64,000 nucleotides of DNA from Paraspadella gotoi (lineage: Eukaryota > Animalia > Chaetognatha): NCBI GenBank assembly GCA_051294375.1, contig CM119268.1, forward strand, positions 5,107,878 through 5,171,877, given 5' to 3'. This document shows, in pieces, positions 58,271-64,000 of this stretch. Below the pieces are notes generated by a model. It did no database searches. It was not told the origin of the DNA and saw only the letters and a list, made by a program, of their open reading frames with translations. Position 1 is the first letter of the stretch; each line of letters opens with the position of its first letter. The translations under genes and the position numbers were made by a program.

Positions 58271-59288
58271 ATCTCTCTCTCTCTCTCTCCTCTCTCCTCT
58301 CTCCTCTCTCTCTCTCTCGTTTTCTAATGAGACCTCCCGTTTCGTTCTTCTCTCTTTCTTCTTCAATAATTTAACAATAAACTTTTCATCTCGGTGTTTT
58401 ATCATTCACAAGCATTTGTCACTTCCGCGTTTTTCATCCCACCCAACTGAATTTTGGCAAGATCGCGTTTTAATTTTTTTAATAAATGTTTTTTTTAAAA
58501 GTAACAGGATGCTTCTATATCTATAAATTATAATAATAGTTTCGTTTGGCGTTGCTATCTTCCACCAATTGTTCCCAGAAGAAATCAACTGTCAAAATGA
58601 TCTTTGTGGTTGAAAATTACAAAATAAAGTTGGTTAACATCTCGATTATATTTTTTTAAAACTATGAAATAGCCTTGTCATATAGATCCAAGACTATCTA
58701 CCCAAAAGGTCATTGGTCAAAGGTCAAAGGTCATGAAGACTAAAAATAAAGGTCGAGACTCCTGGTGACATGACCCTTGATGAACCTGGAAAAGAAAATG
58801 TTTAATTCTCGTCTTTCTTCTCGGATCTCGACAAGCGAAATATTAGAATTCGTTACGGAGGTTACTTTAATTTCTATGAAATGAAATACTGAAGACCACA
58901 CTTCCCACCTCCTTCTCTACCTGTCCTCCTCCCTCCTCCTGCTCCTCCTCCTTCTCCTCCTCCTCCCTCTCTTTACTTAGATGCGTCCACGCCCAGACTC
59001 GGCGTCGCCAATAATTCTTGTGCATCTCGGAACGAAACTCGATTTATCATTTAGCGACGCAAAATCTCAAGGAAGTGGTGGAGCGGTTTTTGTCTCTCCG
59101 CCAATCGAGAGGCGGTCTAACCGACGCCACCAACGAGTTCCACGGTGGATGGCGTGGTGGTGGCGGCGGAGCGGGCGGAGGCGGCGGCGGAGGCGGTGGT
59201 GGCGGGGTGACTGCGGTCAAGAAAAGAAACGCGGGTGAAACGGGCGGCCGCTAAATTTCAGGTAAAAATTCGTTGATAAATAAACATT

Positions 59289-59344
<56 letters not shown>

Positions 59345-59346
59345 TA

Positions 59347-59381
<35 letters not shown>

Positions 59382-60759
59382 CATTAATATTAATTAATAT
59401 TAATTAATATTAATTAATCCACCCTCCACAGCAGTCTTGGGACGCCAACGACTAAATGCCGGTTCTCCTCCCGGATCGTCCTCTTCCTCTTCCATCCCCT
59501 CCTCCTCTTCCTCCTCCCATTCCCACCCCTCCCCCCGCTCCTCTTCCCCGCTGTCCTTCAGCCACTCCAGCCGCGGCCTACCTCCCCTCCTCTCTCTCCC
59601 TCTTTCCTTCCTCCTCCCTCCCTCTCAGTTTTACTCCACCCTCTATCGCGGCCAGAGTCTGTCCGCGTCTACGGACTCGGCGCGTCCGGCTTGCTCCAGA
59701 GAATGCCGCTGCAGAGAAGACGCGGCCGCCGCTCCCGCCGTTCCAGCCGCGGCCGAGAGACTTCGCGGCTGGACCTGCCTGCCCCCAGTGTGCCTTCCCG
59801 TCAAGTCCTGCGTGTGAACGACGTCGCCACGCCACTTCCGGTCGGCGATTCGAAAACGGGGATGAAGTGCCGACGGACGCAGGAACTCTCTGGCCGCTGC
59901 GCCGTCGGACGGATCGTCTGCGCTTAAAACCGGAAACGGCGAAACCCGAGGGACGAACGACGACGAACGACGAGGACGAGACGAGGGGTCCCCGAGTTCG
60001 ATCCCCGTCTTCGAGAGGAATAGTCCTTCATCTCGGTACAGTCGAATCGAAAGAGGAAAATCTCATGAAGAAATTCCAACCCAAGATTTCTCTTTGACGA
60101 CGCTGCAGGAGAAGCTGCAGTGGCTGCTGGACAGCGTCGCACGGACGGTGTTCGCTTGTTCGGACAAGTGGGTTGATTGGGGGAATATTTTGTGTTTTTT
60201 TTAAATGATTCTGATAGAGCTTAAATAGTAAAAAAGCAAAAATGTAATAACAACTTTTAAAAACTTTGAGTTTTATTGCTGAAAATTAGAAAAAATTACT
60301 AAAAATCATCGGATGATGATGATGATGATGATTTTTTACTTTGTTTAAACAATTTTTCATAAGCTATTTAAAATCTACTGCTTTTAAAAATATATAAAAT
60401 TCCCCGCCAAAAAATTTGACTTTTTTACCTATAAAAAAATATTTAAAAAAAATTTACTAATCTGCTTCAAGCCATTTTAGACAATTTTGGTCCATTGAAA
60501 GTTTTCTCCAGAAATGTATGAAGTTTCATTTGGGAAGGTTCCCAAGTCCAACTTCTGACCCACCCCATTGACAAAGTTTGGCCCTTACTCACCGTCACGC
60601 TAGTCCACTTGAATGCTCTCTTTAATTTATTTTAAAGTTAACTTACTCCCACCTCACTAATTAACTTTCGGCTTCGGTGTCAAATCGTGATCGTCCCCCG
60701 ACGATCTCGGACAATCTCGAGTTCGTCGTCAAGGCTTTGCGACCGATCTTCAAGTCGAC
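30091..60759 (+). CDS. Gfrl: GDNF family receptor alpha-like protein (invertebrate Gfrl-type), multi-exon, 3' end truncated by a gap
   Basis: Manual splice model: join(30091..30281, 30892..31078, 31904..32092, 32418..32558, 44872..45157, 46129..46419, 56349..56510, 56663..56812, 58981..59234, 59432..60167, ~60671..60759). Boundaries are AG/GT (except exon 11's acceptor, which lacks one base) and phases chain 2,0,0,0,1,1,1,2,1,2. Translation gives three domains with the 10-Cys GDNF/GAS1 spacing (C-x6-C-x5-C...C-x-C...C...C), then an FnI-like Cys module and a GIVLHLGYS-like motif that I recall from invertebrate GFRalpha-like proteins. Exons 8-11 need indel or stop correction. Confidence 0.85.
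30892..31078 (+). CDS. Gfrl: Gfrl-like exon 2 (N-terminal linker)
   Basis: A long CT tract ends in CCACAG. Open frame LVDNDDAISPTATFTSKVPEDVDVATRP...GGGKKKNQNK. Donor GTGAGA; phase 2 to 0. Confidence 0.6.
31240..31903 (+). other. ~660-bp nearly pure polypyrimidine tract ending at the exon 3 acceptor
   Basis: Almost only C/T with mirror-like CCCCTT motifs, ending directly in CAG. Confidence 0.8.
31904..32092 (+). CDS. Gfrl: Gfrl-like exon 3: GDNF/GAS1 domain 1, N-terminal part
   Basis: ttcag| PPNCFSDVVVCNRRRDCRALYRDYMRFCKWKRRRCTKRTRNDCARAYRDLLRDTRLLSCECPK |GTGAGA. 189 nt, phase 0-0, 8 Cys in GDNF-domain spacing. Confidence 0.9.
32418..32558 (+). CDS. Gfrl: Gfrl-like exon 4: GDNF/GAS1 domain 1, C-terminal part
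   Basis: SMTDARLIERCHKIRDKFRTNPCHNEARRIMDRVDAVDDPSELYDYK |GTCAGA. Supplies the last two Cys with the typical F-x-x-NPC ending. 141 nt, phase 0-0. Confidence 0.88.
32880..32983 (-). mobile_element. 5' end of a DINE-1/HINE-like element
   Basis: The minus strand reads TTTTTAGTCGCAACTCTATAAGTCAC followed by (GTCG/GTCT)n. A related end is at ~44150-44207. Confidence 0.5.
37935..39090 (+). mobile_element. Dispersed repeat (DINE-1/Helentron-like), interrupted by the hAT MITE
   Basis: 38045-38185 is similar to 53035-53175 (GACTGGATGGGGCGATT...AAATTTTG...GGAATCGT..GAGT...GTTTAAATGG...TTTCACTA) and has an internal partial duplication. The 3' end motif is shared with 53290-53338. Confidence 0.6.
38428..39047. 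mobile_element. 620-bp hAT-type MITE nested in a DINE-1/Helentron-like element
   Basis: TIR TAGAGTGGAG / CTCCACCCTA. TSD GTGAGCAG (38420-38427) / GTGAGAAG (39048-39055). Removing it restores TAATGATCGTGAGCAGATCCGACATTGTTTGCTCAAAC, which matches uninterrupted copies at ~26749 and ~53296. Confidence 0.85.
40805..41040. repeat. 55-bp minisatellite, about 4 copies
   Basis: TTATCACAAA recurs at 40811, 40866, 40921, 40976 and ~41029. Confidence 0.85.
44872..45157 (+). CDS. Gfrl: Gfrl-like exon 5: low-complexity linker (poly-Asp, poly-Gly)
   Basis: ccccag| VSHRGSSFGDEVINF D11 VDYDDDSFFPSSSGELITKT G19 LPGWPGVTENGVASKSNKDDFAAAEEPTNS g|GTGGTC. 286 nt, phase 0 to 1, which is the phase change needed between exons 4 and 6. 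Confidence 0.7.
45411..45803. mobile_element. MITE with ~56-bp TIRs and TTAA TSD (Kolobok-like)
   Basis: TTAA|GGACAAACAGTTTTTGGTATG...GTCGGAC (45411-45467) pairs with GTCCGG...CATACCAAAAACTGTTTTTCC|TTAA (45748-45803), with about 4 differences. RR...YY termini with TTAA fit Kolobok rather than piggyBac (CCY termini). Confidence 0.78.
46129..46419 (+). CDS. Gfrl: Gfrl-like exon 6: complete GDNF/GAS1 domain 2
   Basis: ctccag| GQPSVLDMVNSTCGAAIVDCSGDAACRAALVRLELACQTVGAGGACRVDVCRAAARRLYRGGADRHQKALALCHCRENDDDCWLARELVHPPCLERK |GTAATT. 10 Cys, 291 nt, phase 1-1. Confidence 0.93.
47115..47480. repeat. ~60-bp pyrimidine-rich minisatellite, about 6 copies
   Basis: Recurrent unit CTCGACTCGTTCCTTTCCTC...TTTCCTCACTTTCC. 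Confidence 0.75.
48525..48745. repeat. ~50-bp degenerate tandem repeat
   Basis: ACCGCTTTTAAGGAGCAAGG(C/T)GCCC..AAGTTAA variants, about 4-5 copies. Confidence 0.65.
52928..53338 (+). mobile_element. DINE-1/HINE (Helentron-associated)-like non-autonomous element
   Basis: Starts TTTTTAGCCGC, then a (GTCY)n-type microsatellite (ctgtcggtccgtctgtccatcc...), then the body shared with 37935-38190 and the end motif shared with ~26735-26790. Confidence 0.55.
53410..53625 (-). repeat. Reverse-oriented solo copy of the ~320-bp repeat unit
   Basis: TTTATGAATTTGGTACAACCAATATAAAA...CCATTCATTTAATAAATAAACTATCTCGCCCC is the reverse complement of the array unit. Confidence 0.75.
53720..54330. repeat. ~60-bp pyrimidine minisatellite, about 10 copies
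   Basis: TTTTTCCACTTCCC recurs about every 59-60 nt, with CCCATTTTCCTCCCTCTTCTA in most units. Confidence 0.85.
54379..54515. repeat. Perfect 59-bp tandem duplication
   Basis: CGTTCATCTTCCATTCATTCATCGATGATCCATTCATAGCCCAACATGGATTCATTCCT at 54379 and 54438, plus a partial third copy. Confidence 0.9.
56349..56510 (+). CDS. Gfrl: Gfrl-like exon 7: poly-Ser linker and start of GDNF/GAS1 domain 3
   Basis: ccacag| ASPVTSSSSFSSSSSSSSGDDIPNCSSLELRCREDDDCRGRLDDYIYGCAEDVE g|GTGAGA. 162 nt, phase 1-1. Confidence 0.9.
56663..56812 (+). CDS. Gfrl: Gfrl-like exon 8: GDNF/GAS1 domain 3, middle (this copy has indels)
   Basis: Frame is broken here, but the duplicate at 60869..61013 is open: GKCLRSSPEACEYPLIGLLGTILTSECTCDDDDDNDDARRGITSDSDV ag|GTAGAA. 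GLLGT...CxC is typical of the family. Confidence 0.82.
58981..59234 (+). CDS. Gfrl: Gfrl-like exon 9: end of domain 3 and Gly-rich linker
   Basis: ttacttag|a TGC continues in phase 2 as RCVHAQT..., then CISERNSIYHLATQNLKEVVERFLSLRQSRGG...GGGG...KKRNA. The in-frame TAA at 59012 disappears if two small insertions are removed (reading RVANNSC). Phase-1 donors exist at 59235 (GTGAAA) and 59262 (GTAAAA). Confidence 0.65.
59432..60167 (+). CDS. Gfrl: Gfrl-like exon 10: Ser-rich linker, FnI/RECK-like Cys module and start of the C-terminal domain (several indels)
   Basis: Pieced across frames: STLYRGQSLSASTDSARPACSRECRC...WTCLPPVCLPVKSCV...FENGDEVPTDAGTL[C]RCAVGRIVCA...GIVLHLG[Y]SRIE..ENLMKKFQPKIS..LTTLQEKLQWLLDSVARTVFACSD aa|GTGGGT. 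NAGNAG acceptor (CACAGCAG). Confidence 0.72.
60671..60759 (+). CDS. Gfrl: Gfrl-like exon 11 (partial, ends at the gap)
   Basis: Branch-point-like CTCACTAAT followed by tttc(a)g. Reads KLRCQIVIVP..TISDNLEFVVKALRPIFKST with one indel. Phase 2 matches exon 10. The acceptor AG lacks one base. Confidence 0.5.
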
Positions 60760-60784
60760 NNNNNNNNNNNNNNNNNNNNNNNNN

Positions 60785-61767
60785 AGAGAGAGAGAGAGAG
60801 AGAGAGAGAGAGCTATATTTAAATACACCGTTTCAAACTTATCTATTGACTGACTCTCCCAACCCAAGGGAAATGTCTTCGCTCCTCGCCCGAGGCCTGC
60901 GAATATCCGCTCATCGGTCTCCTTGGAACGATACTCACCTCGGAATGCACCTGCGACGACGACGACGACAACGACGACGCGCGCAGGGGAATCACATCTG
61001 ACAGCGACGTCAGGTAGAAACGGACGCTTGGTCCTTGGAACGGGTCGTCAACTCAGTTCGTCTGAATGTCAAGCGGCGTTTCTTCATTTTAAGACAGAAG
61101 GAGAGCGAGAGAGAGATACACTTTTTTTTTCAAAGAGAGCATATACTTGGGATCTCTGATTGTTTATGTTTTCTTATTTGAGCCCTTAAAGAGAAGTTTC
61201 ATCATTCTTTTATTGTGTCAAAAGTTGATTAGGATATGGCTATTCCCGCTATTATCTTGTTTAATAATTGATTTACGATTGCGGTTCTTCCCTTTCAAAG
61301 GACGTCAGGGTTAATAGTTTTTTAGGAAGCAAGTGTTTTTATTACATTGTTGTTAATTTATTTTAATATGACTAAAGTTTATCACTTTGTTGCTATATTT
61401 ATTTTGCTTTATAGTCTTTTTTTCTTTCCCTCTCTTTCCCCTCCCCTATTCTTCTTTTTTTTTTTCTTTCTTTGCCCTCTTCCACCATTTCACACAAAAG
61501 AGTTCACCGTTTTTACCTTTTTCACAGGTAACCAGTGTAGTTTGCTCTTTTTTTCCAGCGTCACGTGACCTCCCCTCCTCCTTCTCCGTCTCCTCCTGGT
61601 CTCGCTCCGGCGATGACTCCCGTGTTCGGCGCTCGAACTTCGATGTCGCGAGGACGACGACTGCAGAGGAAGACTCGACGACTATATCTATGGATGTGCC
61701 GAGGGATGTGGAAGGTGAGAGAGAGAGAGAGAGGAGAAGAGAGAGAGAGAGAGAGAAGAGAGAAGAG

Positions 61768-61803
<36 letters not shown>

Positions 61804-63311
61804 CTATATTTAAATACACCGCTTTCAAACTTATCTATTGACTGACTCTCCCAACCCAAGGAAATGTCTTCGCTCCTCGCCCCGAGGCCTGCGAATATCC
61901 GCTCATCGGTTCGCCTTGGAAGATACTCCCACGGGCCACTTTCTTACTCGCACACAACGACGATGCCGAGGGAAATGCCCAAGAAGCTGCGAGGGGAGCG
62001 CGGGACGGGAGGAGCGGAGCGGACAGAGGGCAACATTGTACGTACGGCGCGGCAGGGAATCACATCTGCAGCGCACGTCAGGTAGAGAGGACGGACGCTT
62101 GGTCGTTGGCAGACGGCCGGCTGTCGTTTAGGTTTCCACTCAGGATTTTCAGGTTAGTGGTCAGGGTTGCATCTGAATGAGTCAAAGCGGGCGCTGATTT
62201 CGTGAGTAGGTCGTCTTGTTGAGTCGGCCTGCTTAGGTATTTGATTATTTAGGGACAGAGAGGCAGAGAGAGTGAGGGTGGTCGATATATTGGAGGTTGT
62301 GAGAGGTTTTAGTGAATAGTTGTTTAGTGAGAGTGTGAGATCGATGAGAAACGAGAGAAGAGAGGCGAGAAGAGAGAGAGAGAAGAGAGAGAGAGCCGAG
62401 AGAGAGAGAGAGAGCGAGAGAGAGAGANNNNNNNNNNNNNNNNNNNNNNNNNGAGAGAGAGAGAGAGAGAGAAATGAGAGGCCTGAAAATGGAAAAAATA
62501 AAATAAAGGAAAAAAAGAAGAAACTAAAGGCAAAGAGAATGAGAAGAAAAGATATGAAGAAAGATGTCAGAAATGATAATGACAAAGGAATTAAGGAATT
62601 AAAGAAAAAGAATAAAAGATCAAATAGCAAGCAAATTCGAAAGGATATCAGTTTCTTATCTCATTGGATTACATGATATGATATCGGATGTCGGAACTTC
62701 GGAGAGCGAGCGTCTTCCTCCGTTTTAGCTTTTATAGTTTATACTATAAATGTATTATTACAACTACTACGGCTACTACTGAATATGTAGCTTTTCAGTA
62801 TCAGTGGTTTGTTTGAAATCCGTTAACATTGTAAAAATTATCATGCTTCTTTCACGAGTCTTATTGTCAGAATACCGGTTCACTCATATAATTATTTTTT
62901 GTAACGACCTCCAAAACTAGTACATTCAAACTCATTTTCCAGGAAAATTCATTGCAATGGTCGCGTTTTACAGTTAACAGTTGACAGTTAGTTCTGTCGA
63001 CAGTTTACAGTTTACCAACAACATTCTTTGACAGTTGAATCTTCGTTATACGTAATATTTACGACATGAAAACAATTTTAAATATTGTTTTACATCTCGC
63101 CCCCTTTTTTTCACTCATTTTGCTGACTTATGTAATATGTATGGATGATTTGTTTGTTTTCTGTACTGAATCAACCTTGTTGCATTCGAATAAAGCGCTT
63201 ATAACATGCTTCTCGTAAATTCGTAATCTGATTAAAATCATTAACTTATTCACTCAATGCGACTCGTAATTTTTATTTATCTCCCTCTCTCTCTTTCTCT
63301 TTCTTTCTCTC

Positions 63312-63410
<99 letters not shown>

Positions 63411-64000
63411 TCTAATGAGACCTCCGTTTCGTTCTTTCTCTCTTTCTTCCAATAATTTAACAATAAACTTTTCACTCGGTGTTTTATCATTCACAACATT
63501 TGTCACTTCCCGTTTTTCATCCCACCCAACTGAATTTTGGCAAGATCGCGTTTAATTTTTTTTAATAAATGTTTTTTTAAGTAACAGGATGCTCTATATC
63601 TATAAATTATAATATAGTTTCGTTTGGCGTTGCTATCTTCCACCAATTGTTCCCAGAAGAAATCAACTGTCAAAATGATCTTTGTGGTTGAAAATTACAA
63701 AATAAAGTTGGTTAACATCTCGATTATATTTTTTAAAACTATGAAATAGCCTTGTCATTATAGATCCAAGACTATCTACCAAAAGGTCATTGGTCAAAGG
63801 TCAAAGGTCATGAGACTAAAAATAAAGGTCGAGACTCCTGGTGACACCTTGATGAACCTGGAAAAGAAAATGTTAATTCTCTTTCTCTTCTCGATCTCGA
63901 CAAGCGAAATATTAGAAATTCGTTACGGACTTAATTTCTATGAAATGAAATACTGAAGACCACACTTCCCACCTCCTTCTCTACCTGTCCTCCTCCTCCT
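60785..64000 (+). repeat. Redundant copies of 56040-58950, including exon 8 (60869..61013 and 61861..~62081) and exon 7 (61559..61714); probable assembly or haplotype duplication
   Basis: Intron and exon sequence are near-identical apart from scattered 1-nt indels. Bounded by 25-N gaps at 60760-60784 and 62428-62452. Confidence 0.85.

Noticed and set aside
58981-60167. Programmed readthrough or frameshifting in exons 9-10
   Set aside because: Duplicate copies of neighbouring exons differ by random single-base indels, so sequencing error explains the breaks more simply.

Overview
Animal (invertebrate-type) nuclear DNA from an error-rich draft assembly. It is saturated with (GA/CT)n, (GAC/GTC)n, (GAT)n and other microsatellites, which produce nearly all entries in the ORF track. 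The one gene I can support is a spliced + strand gene from about 30091 to beyond 60759. I reconstructed 11 coding exons with compatible splice phases. It encodes a GDNF-family-receptor-alpha-like (invertebrate Gfrl-type) protein: a hydrophobic N-terminus, three 10-cysteine GDNF/GAS1 domains separated by poly-D/poly-G/poly-S linkers, a fibronectin-I/RECK-like Cys module and the start of a C-terminal domain cut off by a gap. Exons 8-11 contain indels or a stop that look like read errors. Positions ~1.2-25.3 kb are two to three noisy copies of the same locus joined by ~25-N gaps, and 60.8-64 kb repeats 56-59 kb; both are most likely gap-filling artefacts or haplotype copies. Supported mobile elements: hAT-type MITEs with 8-bp target-site duplications (TSDs), one carrying a variable ~320-bp tandem array and one nested in a DINE-1/Helentron-like element; a TTAA-flanked Kolobok-like MITE; and a foldback repeat. 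I found no rRNA, tRNA, CRISPR or prokaryotic system. The most novel leads are the purine-rich 5' / pyrimidine-rich 3' polarity of the introns, the charge-polarised receptor and the satellite-like array inside a MITE.
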